Source: Xylographa opegraphella (Eukaryota). From it: a stretch of DNA of 64,000 nucleotides. Positions 22,348 to 33,622 of this stretch are shown piece by piece; the stretch's first letter is position 1; each line of letters starts with the position of its first letter. Position numbers and translations under genes: made by a program. The stretch covers positions 372,001 through 436,000 of the forward strand of contig JALDZX010000013.1 in the NCBI GenBank assembly GCA_022813865.1, read 5' to 3'. The notes below the pieces were generated by a model. It ran no database searches, was not told the DNA's origin, and was given only the letters and a program-made list of their open reading frames with translations.

Positions 22348-25300
22348 GGCTTCACGGTCTCACGAGGCCTGGGCACGGGGAACGCTAGTCGATGCTGTGA
22401 AGGAGGGAACCCGGATCGGTGATGGAAAGGAGGGCAGCAAAGGGTGTATAGAGAGGCGGGAACAGGAGGGAGTTCCAGTCGGAGATGGAGAGGAAGGGAA
22501 CCCGGACTGGTGATGGAAAGGGAGAGCATCAGATTAAGGTAGCTAGGTGCAGCCAGCGGAAAGGAGGACCAACGAAGCAGCTTGTGTCTTGGTCACGATA
22601 CCATGAGTCCCGACCACGTATACAATCCACGCCCTGTCCTTGCAGCTTCCCCCGGGCCCCTGTCGTCGAACCGATCCGTCATTCCTTCCCTCTGGATCCT
22701 TCCCCCTTCCCTTCCTTCCCGTGACGACCGTCTCCAATTCCAGGGAGATGAGATTTGAACGACCGGGTCCGAGGGTTCGTTCGCCCCTGGCTCAAAAAGT
22801 GATGCGTGAGCCGGGGGGGTCATTCGCGAAGTCCTGGCGTGCGAGGAAGCGAAGCGGCAGGACCGAGGAGCCGGCGTCGTGAGACTGCAAAATGCCAAAG
22901 TACCTTACCGCATTTCGTGGATTGGGATCCTTGGAGGATGGGAAGAGGGTGGGGAGAGGATTGGGTGGGTGGGACAGCGGGCGTGGGTGTGGGGAGGATG
23001 GGAAAAGCCGTCGTTGGTGCGCGTTGGTGCAGCCCTTGGGGTGGTTGGTGGCGGGTGGAGGGAGCGGTGGGTTGAATGGTGGGTGGGTTGGGTGCTTGAT
23101 GATGGTGTGGGGGGACGGTGCTCACGACGGCTCCAGGGGCCTCTGGCTTGACCTCACAAGCATGATTGGGTCCTTTTTTGGTAATGAAACGGGCCCTTAG
23201 GGCTAAAACTCTATGCAAGCAGTAGTTCCAAGGACTCTTTGTTCTGGATCTTTGATCGATGTCGGCTTCCTCACCAGGCCTCACTTTTGGGGCACAGGAT
23301 TGGATCGGCCTTGGTGGAAGCCCGGTACCTACCCGAATCACTTGGTACTTACGCGCCGTCCTTTGTCTTCCTTGCCACCAGCGCCCCTCCTTCCGACCGA
23401 ATAACGGGGCACGCACCGAAAGTGACCACGGTCGGGCTCGTGTCGAGAAACTGGCGGGTCAATTTGGGAGCGTTCGCGGTGTGGCAGCGAGTGCGGTGGA
23501 CGATGCGCTCTGGTGGACGCGTGTATCTAGCCACGCAGAGCGAGGGTGCCGCCTCGGAAGTGAGATTGGGAGGAAGGCGAGGGCGAACGAGGCAAGAGGG
23601 GGTCGGCGAGGAGGGAGTAACGACGGCGGGATTATGCAGTGAAGGCGTCCATAATAGCACCTTCCGAGAAGATGCATGGAGGATAAGCATCATCACCATT
23701 ACCATCCGCCCTCGGCCGTTTCAACTTTTGGTTTCAAGTGTCCGGATTGGTCAGCTGTGAGGAGGGACAGCATTCTGTTTGCAGGTGGTCAGCTCGTTTC
23801 ATTTCCGCCACGCATACTCCGTACCTCGGCCGTAATTGCGTAGACGATTCAAGGCGCGGTGAGAGACGCACGCATCGAGCCTGTTTCCATGCGGACGCTG
23901 GCTTTTGCCGTACTCTGACACGCTATCAGACCGCACCTACCTAGGTACTGCATCCCGACTTCCCACACAGTATAGGGCAAAAGAGGCAAAAGGGCGAAAA
24001 TCGTAAGGTAGGCTAGCAGGGGCATACCTTAGCGTGTGCGCCTGGAATAGAGCCGGCAGATCGTACTAAGGCAAGATACGGTAAGTAAGTGTATGGTCAG
24101 TGCGTGATCGGGTCGGGGGAATGACACGGTGAAGGCGTTGTGATTGGTCAAGCAAAGCAGCATACCTTTCTGGTGCGAAGTACGGACACGAAGTTACCTT
24201 AGGCCCCAGACACACTGCACACATTCCCTTACAAAGTACCTTACGTACCGTAGTACTGGAAAACGTACCCCAGTCTCCACCCTATTTACCTTACGTCGTG
24301 GCAGGGAGCTTACCTTACCTACCTTGCCTACCTTACCTTAGGTGGGTACGGGACCCTTATGGTAGGGTAGTGTCATGCAGCTGGCCTAAGGTAAGGTAAG
24401 GTGATGCTGGGTACCTACTGTTCCTGCGAGCTGCGAGCTACGAGCTACTGCTGCAAATTCTGCAATCCATCCACGATGACGCGAGGTTGGAACCTGGGAC
24501 GCCGCCTGGGTGATCCTGTCCACCTCGTGCTGGCTGGCTACCGGACATCCTGCGTGCTGAAATCGTTCCTGCCGACCCGACACTGCACGGCAACTACCTC
24601 GATAGTTACCTTAGGTAAAGATCTGACAGGATCAAGCGTGGAACATGCCTGCGCACTCGCTGGGGGAAGAAGTGCCTCTTCGGCCCTGCCATTGGCCGCA
24701 CCGGACCTCTGCCCCTGGGGCTTTCTCAAGAGATGGCGTCTCGGCCAACGCGCTAATAAATGACTTTCTAACTCTCTCACTCCGTAGCGGCTTGCCTTAT
24801 TCCTACACATAGGCAGTTGTGGTGTAGCTCCTCTCTCTGCTTTCCTTCTGTCTCCTCGCCATCAACCGACCGGGCCTGCGGGCCTCGAAACGGCTAGCCA
24901 GGACACCCTTGCGCCGAGGCGTCATCTGATGCCAGAGCGACTTGGCTCCCGGCGCCGCCGATGATGAGCAGCAGTACAGTCGATAGGCCGATGTCGAGAC
25001 GCAATTCAGTCGATACCGATTGTTACATAGTACATCGGACGGGTAATGTTACCGATGGAAAGGAACCGGGGCTTTTTCGACATCGCGGCCAATATCAACA
25101 GAACACATCATCCGAGCAAAGTTTTGACCTGTCCGGAAACAAGCACATGCCCGACATATCATTGTAATCATGGTAATCTTACACTCACCCCTGGGCTGCA
25201 GATGGAATGGAACTGGCCCTTTGAAACGAAGGAAACTTCCCGATGCTCGCCATGGGTGCTGTCTTTGGGCAGCAGATCCTATATGCAGGAATTGAGGCTC

Positions 25301-25546
25301 TTCCATCCTGCCGTCCGTTCGGGGGACGTGCTCGTGCCACGGAAAGAATTATAAATCACGCCCTTGGACGGTGAGAAACAACGAGTCTGCTATTCCTCCA
25401 CCAAACGTCGATTGCGATCAATCCTCTGAACACCGGCCTCGATTGCCCCGACCAACGGGCCACGCCCGGTACACTGAACTCTCGCACAAGAACTCTCGCA
25501 CAAATCCACCCTTCCAACGATTATCAATTCCAACTTCCAAGCGACC

Positions 25547-25941
25547 ATGTCGTCCTTCGCTCCTCGCACCGCGGCTGCAAACAAGTAAGTCAAACAGTGT
25601 GCTGTTCGTCCCGGCTCTCCCGTGTCCTATCCTGCCCGTGCCGTCCGTTTTGTCGTTTGTTTCCACCCCCACCGTGTCTCTCCGCTCCGTCACCGTCATC
25701 CCACCACGACGCTATACTCAAAACGGCCAGGACTAATCGTTCGTGCAGGCCTTCCGCTCCCACTCCGGCCAGCCTCACGAATGCCCTGCAGCGAGTCCCG
25801 GTCGGCCCGTCACCCTTGCAACACTATGCGCAGAAGACGCAAGCGTTCGAGCAAGTGGCTCTGGGCCAGGCGAGGCAAAGAAAGGATATGGCGATGCAAA
25901 TGCAGACGATCATGAAGGGATGGGACGGGAGTCGTCGATAG
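25547..25941 (+). CDS. Small two-exon hypothetical protein (76 aa)
   Basis: ACCATG start, exon 1 25547-25584, intron 25585-25748 (GTAAGT donor, GACTAAT branch, CAG acceptor). Exon 2 stays in frame to TAG at 25941. Confidence 0.65.
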
Positions 25942-26555
25942 TTTGCGTCGAATGCACGGACGGCGGAACGAAGGTTGGTGGTAATGCTTATTGCTTAGGG
26001 ATGGGAGACAACTTTGGCTACCGTTTTTAATGTGGGAGATATTTCTTCGTGGGTGCTGGTCGAGCGGGACTCGGCGAGAGTGACGGAGCGTGCGGGACGG
26101 CCTTGACTCCAAGCAATCTATTTTCACAGCCTCTCCTTTCCTGCATCCTTCATCCTTCATCCAGGTGACGCTCACGATTGCCATGTGCAAACATCTCACG
26201 AGAATGATCGATGCGCACAATCATCTTACCCCCCCATGATCGCGATCATGTTGCTGTTTTTTGCTTTCCTCAAAGCCCCTGGGTCCTTCTCCCTGGCGCT
26301 GCTACGTCATCGCGGAAGAAAGGCATGTCTACCAACGCTTTGTCCCATCATTTCCGAGTGCCCGCCACTTGCGGAGAATCTGTCTCGACGTGCTCTTCCG
26401 TTGCTCAGAGCGATGCTTCCATGATCGAGTCTTGTATCTTCCTTCGTGACGTCCATCATATCCTTCCTCTCCTTGCTGCTTTCAAGCAGCCCTTGCCTGA
26501 TTGTCCCTGATTGTCCCCAATTGTCCCTGTGTATCCCTCGATTGAGCTTAGCACG

Positions 26556-27920
26556 ATGACGAGCTCGGTCGCGTCGTCGCTCCGGGAGCGTGACGCCACG
26601 AGCATCACCGCCATCATCGGCAGCGATTCTGGACAGAGGCAGGCTACCGCCGTGGCTGGATCGCCTTGCCACAAGGCTGCAGACCGGAGCGATGACGCCC
26701 ACGCCGAGGCCCATCATGCTCCTATCCCTGTCCAGCAGCAGCCCCTGTGGCGTCGGCTCCTTTCCAGCATAAGCTTTTTTATCTTCGACCAATGGTTTCT
26801 CATCGCGCTCGGCTGCCTCATCCTCCTCGCATCCCAGGTGCAAGTGCCGGTGGCACAACAGAGCCGGAAAGAGCTCGTCGTCTCCTACCTCTGCGTCGCC
26901 ATCATCTTCCTCATCACCGGTGGCACCCTACCGACCAGGGTCCTGTTGCAGAACTACACGAGATGGAAGCTTCATCTGTTCGTCCAGACGCAATCCTTCC
27001 TCCTGACTTCTGCCATCGCTTTCGCCGTCGTGAGTCTGTGTGCGATGAACCCGGGATTTATGGACGAGGCCCTGTTGGTCGGGATCATCTTCACGGGGTG
27101 TGTGCCCACGACCATCTCTTCCAATGTGGTCATGACGGCCCAGGCGCATGGCGATCAAGCATTGACCGTCGTTGAGTCAACGCTTGGCAACGCCCTGGGT
27201 CCGTTCCTGACTCCGCTCCTGGTATTGATGTATACGTCTACCGGAGCTTGGTACACCAAGGTACTGCCGGACACCGGGGCTTCGGATCTGAGTGAACTGT
27301 ATCGGCGGGTGTTCATGCAGTTAGGCTTATCGCTCTTTCTCCCTCTTGTATTTCAGTCCCTCTATACGACCGTCGACGATATAAACACTAACAGACGAAC
27401 CCAGATAGTTGGCCAGATCCTCCAAAACGTACTCCCCGGGCTCACGAAATTGGTCCTCGTCAAATGGCAGCTCAAACGGCTCTCATCCTTGGCGCTTTTA
27501 CTCATCATCTGGCAAACCTACGACGAAGCATTCGCAACCGGCGCTTTCTCCAGCGTCAAAAGCGACAATATCCTCTTCGTCATCTTCATCTCCATCGCTT
27601 TTTATGCCATCTGGACCGTTACCTGCGTGGCACTCTCCCTTCTATGGCTCGGGAAGAAAGACACCATCGCCGTGGCCTATTGCGTGCCTGCCAAGACACC
27701 CGCGATGGGAGTGCCATTGGCCAATGTGATGTTCGCCGGGTTGTCGGCGATCAACGTGTCGAAGATCCAGATCCCGATGGTGATCTTCCAAGGCTTTCAG
27801 ATAGCTGCTGGGAGCTTGCTGACTATTGCTTTTCGGCGCTGGATCCGGCCGGAGGAGGAGCGGGCGGTCGAGGAGGTGAGTTCTCACGACGAGTCTACTA
27901 CAGAAGGTCGAGAGTCATGA
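26556..27920 (+). CDS. RCH1: SBF-like sodium/bile acid cotransporter family protein (SLC10A7/Rch1-like)
   Basis: DQWFLIALG, CVPTTISSNVVMT, STLGNALGPFLTPLL and CVPAKTPAMGVPL motifs with multiple TM helices. In-frame 57-nt intron at 27348-27404. Confidence 0.85.
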   Translation: MTSSVASSLRERDATSITAIIGSDSGQRQATAVAGSPCHKAADRSDDAHAEAHHAPIPVQQQPLWRRLLSSISFFIFDQWFLIALGCLILLASQVQVPVAQQSRKELVVSYLCVAIIFLITGGTLPTRVLLQNYTRWKLHLFVQTQSFLLTSAIAFAVVSLCAMNPGFMDEALLVGIIFTGCVPTTISSNVVMTAQAHGDQALTVVESTLGNALGPFLTPLLVLMYTSTGAWYTKVLPDTGASDLSELYRRVFMQLGLSLFLPLVFQSLYTTVDDINTNRRTQIVGQILQNVLPGLTKLVLVKWQLKRLSSLALLLIIWQTYDEAFATGAFSSVKSDNILFVIFISIAFYAIWTVTCVALSLLWLGKKDTIAVAYCVPAKTPAMGVPLANVMFAGLSAINVSKIQIPMVIFQGFQIAAGSLLTIAFRRWIRPEEERAVEEVSSHDESTTEGRES

Positions 27921-28547
27921 GACTTGCATGCTTAGTAGAAGCTCATCCATTGCTCGATCTCTCGGCTGGCCAGCCACTACTCTTCGATAGGCTTTACAAA
28001 GGCCGCAATCATCCTCCTGTTCACAGAAGATCGCTGCCAACTCCCGATCAATACACCAACATGGCTCGTTGTCCTGGCGTGTCTGGGACTTCTCCGCAAT
28101 TGGACATTCTGATACCGAACGATGACAGCCGAGGAAACAATCAAAGCAGGAGGCTTCCAGAGGTTGCTTAACTAACCTTCATCTATCATCCAGACGCCCC
28201 AGAACCCCAGTCAGCAGGAGAAAATAGCTCGCAGGACTCTTATACTTGCATTTTCGGGCCCCAGTAGGACGGACGTCGCTTTATACATATGAACGCATCG
28301 TACATTTTCCCAGGAGGCCCCCCGACCTTCCTTTACGATTCTTATTATTATTACCATCACTGTATCATCGCCACGCGATTATCCGCACTAGCTTCCTTCC
28401 ATGTTCGCAGATCTCGCACCATAGGCGGCAGTATTGTTTTCTACGTCACATCCCCAGGGATACTGAGCACGTCGTTGCAGCTTCAAAGTTTGACATTGGA
28501 CGCTGTCACATGAGGAGATCAGCAACTCAAGAGATCCTCAGGGTATG

Positions 28548-29459
28548 CTACCGCTCAACGTGGTTCCTCGCAAAAGCAATCGCCTTCTGTATGACCTCTG
28601 CCTCATGCTCAGGAAGTTGCTGCGCCGCACTTGCCAGAGTCATATACTTCACGACCCAATCGGCACCCCTCACGCGAGCATCCTCTTGATCACCCCCTCC
28701 GCCTCCGAGCTCCCCGGCCTCCAGATCCCCCTCCCACAGTTCCCCTTCCTCCAGCTCTCCCTCCTCGATCTCTCCCTCCTCCACCTCGCCATCCTCACCT
28801 TGCGACGGCCGATCTTCCGCTGCTACGAGACCCTCACCAGTCATAAAGGCCAGAAACCACGCCGTCACCTTCGCAGTACCCCTGATCGGCTCACTCCCAC
28901 AATCGATCACAAACGGCGGCGTCAACCACACCCCTTCCGCATCTTGCACGTGCTCGGGCTGCACGAAAGCCGTGATGATATACCCCCTCGCAACCGTCGG
29001 GCAGCCCACTTCCTTGCTGACCATGCGAACTGCAGCCTCATTGAAGCTCTCCATGCCGATATTGGCGCCATGCCGGCCCGGTACCGGGAGCACACGGCAT
29101 GGTCCACGCGGGAGCGAGACTTCGCCGGTGGTCTTGTGGACGTGGACGACGAGCCGCTGTTCCTGGTGCGTGAAGCAGACAAGCCCGCTATGCAAGGTGA
29201 AGGAGCCGTGTTCGAACTGCTTGTGGGTCATTACCGGCGTGGAGGGTGGTGGGGATGCCAGTCTGAAGCGCTGGGACCGGTTAGCAGGTTCTGCAGAGGT
29301 CTGGGCCGGAGACTTGCCTCGAGAACTCTTCGAGGTGCCAGATCCGGACGGTTTGACATTTTCGGAGAGACGGAGGCGTTGCTGGACGCAAGATTCGAAA
29401 TGTTTCAAGGAATTTTCTGCGGAATGACAGGTATAGATGTTAGAGCAGTCGATGGCCAC
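28548..29459 (-). CDS. NUDIX-fold-like protein with degenerate Nudix box and acidic pentapeptide repeats
   Basis: SLPRG...ESFNEAAVRMVSKEVG resembles LPKG...Ex7REUxEExG. Contains the tract EDGEVEEGEIEEGELEEGEL. Start uncertain; may be the MTHKQF ATG near 29231. Confidence 0.55.
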   Translation of the reverse strand: MAIDCSNIYTCHSAENSLKHFESCVQQRLRLSENVKPSGSGTSKSSRGKSPAQTSAEPANRSQRFRLASPPPSTPVMTHKQFEHGSFTLHSGLVCFTHQEQRLVVHVHKTTGEVSLPRGPCRVLPVPGRHGANIGMESFNEAAVRMVSKEVGCPTVARGYIITAFVQPEHVQDAEGVWLTPPFVIDCGSEPIRGTAKVTAWFLAFMTGEGLVAAEDRPSQGEDGEVEEGEIEEGELEEGELWEGDLEAGELGGGGGDQEDARVRGADWVVKYMTLASAAQQLPEHEAEVIQKAIAFARNHVER

Positions 29460-30388
29460 AGACGCACAATTTGCTGATCGCGAAGGACTCTGCTGCTCAC
29501 CAAGTTCTCTAGCTTACACCGGTACAAGAACAGCAGCTCTCTAGAATTACCGCTTCAATACGTGAAGATGTGAGGTTCGCAAAGTCGCAGTCTCCACAAC
29601 GCCGCGATCGTCTTTGAAGTCAGACCTCCTCACTGATATCTGGGAGTAGCAGCAAGCAAAGTGAACGAGGATGACCGAAGTGCCGTGTTCTAAATCGTCC
29701 CAAAGGGAGACGTGAGATCGTGACTGTGAATACATTCTGTGCACGCCGCGACGCCGCCGCGAACTCCCAACCGCTTCGGATTCACAAAGCCGGACTCCTG
29801 ACATTATATTGGAGTGCACTCGAGCCTGGCGAGCAGAAGCCGCTGTCTCCTGACTCCTGACTCGATTCACCGTGTGCAATGGCAACCTCCTGCCATTGCA
29901 CGTGCTCTCGCATAGGCATCTAACTCATTTATACCGCGTATGTACATACTCCGACATCTCGCGTGACTACACGCTGAAAGCGTGTCCCTATTCTCAGTTG
30001 ATCGATCGGATTCCATTCATTCTAATGGTACCTTAAGATGGGAAGCCTCTGCAATAATGACGCTGCGGTCAAAAGGGACCAAAGGAAGCGCCTAAAAACG
30101 GGTGGAATGGCAAAACTGTCAGGTCGATCCTGACAGAGGATAAAATAAAGCTCCACTGAGCCTTGAACAATGTAATCACGGCCAAAGGACCCGTGATCAG
30201 CATCCTCATTCCTCCGTCAACGAGAGTGCATTTATCGTCCCTAGTGCGTACGAGGTAAAAGACCCTCCCATTACCTCAACCGTCCCTCCATGACACCTTC
30301 CAAAGCAGCCTCTGTGATGATATCCGAACCAGCGATCCCCGGACTGCCTATACCTCGCGTCTAGGGCCTGCGCCTACAGGGCCTACGC

Positions 30389-31809
30389 CTACGTGGCCGC
30401 TCGCATCGCCTCCGACCTCTCCGCCTGCCTCCTCCGCTCCTCCTTCTTCGTCCGAATATGCCACTCGGCCACCAACTCCCCCTCGTAATAGTAATTGCGG
30501 CACTTGGCCGCCCACTCCAAGGAGTCGCTCGCTTGCTCGAGCCGGCGCAGCCCGAAGGCCGCAACGCCGATGTAGAAATGGCAGCGCTGCAGCAGCGGCT
30601 GGTACTGCAGCTCGCGGGCCACCTGGTGCGCCTTGTTGGCGACCTCCCACATCTCGGCCCAGTCCGCCAGCTTCATCATGATGTAGGCGCGCTGCAGCAG
30701 CGCCTCGACCACCAGCTCGACGTTTTGGCTGTACGCGTCGTCGAACAGGAACTCCCGCGTGCCCGGCAGCTCCGTCAGGCGCGGGCGGAGGTGTCGGGAC
30801 GAGTAGTCGTTCCGGTAGACCTTCTCGCGCGGCTTGCGCCGAGTGCGGGAGTCCCGCTGGTCGGGCATCTTCTGGGCTTTGACACCCAAGGCTTCGAGCT
30901 CCACGGCGCGCGCCTGCAGCGTGTCGACGAGCTTCTCCAGCTCCTCCACCATCTGCTGCTGCCGATGGACCTCTTTCTGCAGGTCCTGCATCTTCCGGCC
31001 CGCCCGGAAGAACAGCTTGCTGAGGTTCCGCTCGTTCCGCGCCTTGAGCTCCTTGTACTCGTCGAAGTGCTCGCGCCGCACGGGGCCCGCGTCCTGCCAG
31101 TAATCCCGCGGCGAGACGGGCCGCGTGCGACCCGCCAGCTGGAGCGCCACTTCCTCCTCCACGCTCGCCAGCCACGCGGGCGTCTGCGGACTGTCTTCCC
31201 ACCGCTTGGCGAAGATATTGGCGCTCATCAGGTAGCGGTTATACTCGTTGCGAACCTGCTCTTCGACGTTTTGCTCCTGCGCGGCCTGCCCCGGCTCTTG
31301 CACGTAAGTCTCGGCGAAGGTTTCGGGGCTGGTACCGCGGCCGAGCTCTTCGTCTCGGACCAGGAAGGGGACTTCGGACACCCAGTCGGTTGCTTGTCCC
31401 GAGATAGTCAGTACTCCATGAAAATTGCAACGCGTTGAGGGGACCCCTTACGTGGGTGAGCAGGATACTCGTTATCAGGGAGTCTTGTGTTCCAAGCGTC
31501 CGACGCGCGTGCAACGGGCGAAGATTCGTCACGGGAAGAGACTTCCCCGTCATCCATGGTGGGCGACCAAGCCTGGTAGCTCGCCGTAGACATGGCCGAG
31601 CTCCCGGTCCTGGACTCCTCCGTGATGGGTGAAAGATCGGGCTCTCCTGACTTCGCGTGCGGTGCGGCACCAAGATCGATGTCCTCAAGCTCTGCTGACT
31701 TCGTGGAGGGTGCGTGACCGAGATCGATGTCCTTGAGCTCCGCCCCATAGTAGAAGGGTGCAATGGGCCGCCCGCTCCGGTCGGAGACGCGTCGCCGCTT
31801 CGAACTCAT
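30389..31809 (-). CDS. Hypothetical protein: disordered N-terminus, coiled coil and C-terminal TPR-like helices (2 exons)
   Basis: ATG 31809 (MSSKRRRVSD). A GTAAGG..AAG intron at ~31451-31393 joins in frame to ORF 30389-31381. GC-rich coding bias. Confidence 0.7.
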
Positions 31810-32186
31810 TGCTGTAGGCGCTTGTGATGTGATTCGCGATGGGGCGGGGTGGAATATTTTACGCTGGCAGAGGCGGTGCAGCGGGCGAACGCAACGCCAT
31901 AGTGACCCTTTTCTCTGTTTGCACAGTGCAGATGGCACAAAGGTGTCAAGAGGGTGAGGCACGACGTTCTTTATTTACATGGAAATAGAGCCGGAAATGG
32001 TGACTTCCGACCGCATCTGGCACAAAGCGGGTGGTATGAATTCGGGAGCAATCTAAAAGTACTATACGCAATTACCATAAACGCGACAAAGATATTAGAC
32101 GAGGAAAATCGAAGCATGAAGAGATATTACATTCATATTGAAAGTCTCCATCCAACTAAGCACTGCCGAGAACCAAGCATAATTAT

Positions 32187-32888
32187 TCAAAAACTTTCGG
32201 AGATCATCCGCCGGGGGTCCGTAGGGTGTATGTTTTTGCGTGCCCTGTCCGCGATACTCCAATGTAGCTCGACCTGTTCCTTGTAGTCCTTGGTGTCCAT
32301 TGCGTAGATAAAGCACCAGCTTGCGTCTGTATATCTGTTCAGATGTAGAAAGCACAAGCCCCGGTAGAATTGCACCACGGTCCCAAGGCGGTAGTCATGC
32401 AACCCTCGTGCTATTTCGAGTGCTTGATCGGTGTGAAGAAGCGACGCTGTAAGATTTCCGCTTGAGCGAAGGAGCTCGGAGAGTAAGAGCTTGGCGTACA
32501 CCCGCTCCACGGGACGCAGATCGTTGCGAGAGAGAATTGTGCTGATCGAATTGAGGGCTTCCTGCCGCGCTCCCCGTCGAAAAGCCTCTTCCGTTCGCCC
32601 GAGGAGAGCTCTATTGACAGGCAACGAGAGCCACGTGACGTTGATCCACTCCGGATTGCTGGTCCTGTCGTAGCTAGGTCCAGCGGAAACGGCTTCCGAA
32701 TCACCACGGAATAGAACATGGGACAACAGTGCGTGGGCTTCGTTCAGCATAGTTTCTTGATGGTCGATCATACGCTGTTGTTCTTCGAGTACCGAATTGG
32801 CAACGTTGAGCTTCGCCCGAAGAGTATCCCTTTCTGCCGCCAATTGCTTCACGCCCATCACGATTTCTCGGTTACTGTCTTCCAACAT
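32187..32888 (-). CDS. Hypothetical coiled-coil plus TPR-like protein
   Basis: 233-aa ORF with an N-terminal heptad region and the TPR-like segment ALEIARGLHDYRLGTVVQFYRGLCFLHLNRYTDASWCF. Confidence 0.65.
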   Translation of the reverse strand: MLEDSNREIVMGVKQLAAERDTLRAKLNVANSVLEEQQRMIDHQETMLNEAHALLSHVLFRGDSEAVSAGPSYDRTSNPEWINVTWLSLPVNRALLGRTEEAFRRGARQEALNSISTILSRNDLRPVERVYAKLLLSELLRSSGNLTASLLHTDQALEIARGLHDYRLGTVVQFYRGLCFLHLNRYTDASWCFIYAMDTKDYKEQVELHWSIADRARKNIHPTDPRRMISESF

Positions 32889-33622
32889 TATTGTGAATAG
32901 TTGCTGAACGCTCTGAGAGAATAAGGAAGAGTTCTATGGTCTTGATATATACATAGCTTGGACGGAGTATTGACCCTAGAATCAACAATCGCTTTCTTTC
33001 AACAAAGCCATTCAACAATGTCCTATTCTAAAATACCAGACACAACATCGATTTGCCAGAGAAAGGGAATAACGAGCAGAGGAACAAAGAAGTAGTAAGA
33101 CATTGTACTTGTACCGAAATCAGCGAAGAAAGCACAGTCTGTTGTTAGCATGACTGGAATACTGGCTCGAACAATATGTATTGCGCAATAGATACGCTTG
33201 TTGACTGGGAGTTCGCTTTCATGGGTTTCTGGGATTTCTGTATGGGCCGAAAGATATATGATTGATCCAAAAAAGGATTCCTAACGTACTATAGAGCTGC
33301 GTAGACAAGACAATACTTTGACACTTTTTGCCATTGCAATTGTATTCAAGCCTCTCAGCGGCCGATGCACTGAGTCACATATCCAAAGCATTCATGCCCA
33401 TTGAGTCTGAGAAATATGCCTCGCCGTACTGAAAGAATCACGACACGTCTTTGTTTAACTTAGAAACATAGTAGGGACAAAACATGAGGTCAGAATGACA
33501 AGGCGTTTGTAGATGTTCTGTATCGGGTTTGGCGTTGTCTCGACTAGCGTGCTTGAGAGCCAAAAGAATCACCACCTCCAACAACAAAGCAGAACAGCCA
33601 CGTTCACTTCAGCACGCTGGCG

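Noticed and set aside
22400..23950. Many 60-200 aa ORFs on both strands
   Set aside because: Low-complexity Pro/Gly/Arg translations arising from strand skew; no splice-supported gene model found.
28545..29477. 310-aa + strand ORF
   Set aside because: Antisense shadow of the GC-rich NUDIX-like gene; the translation is a Leu/Arg-rich mirror with no motifs.
30348..31438. Long overlapping ORFs 30458-31438 (+) and 30348-31202 (-)
   Set aside because: Alternative-frame products of the very GC-rich TPR-like gene.
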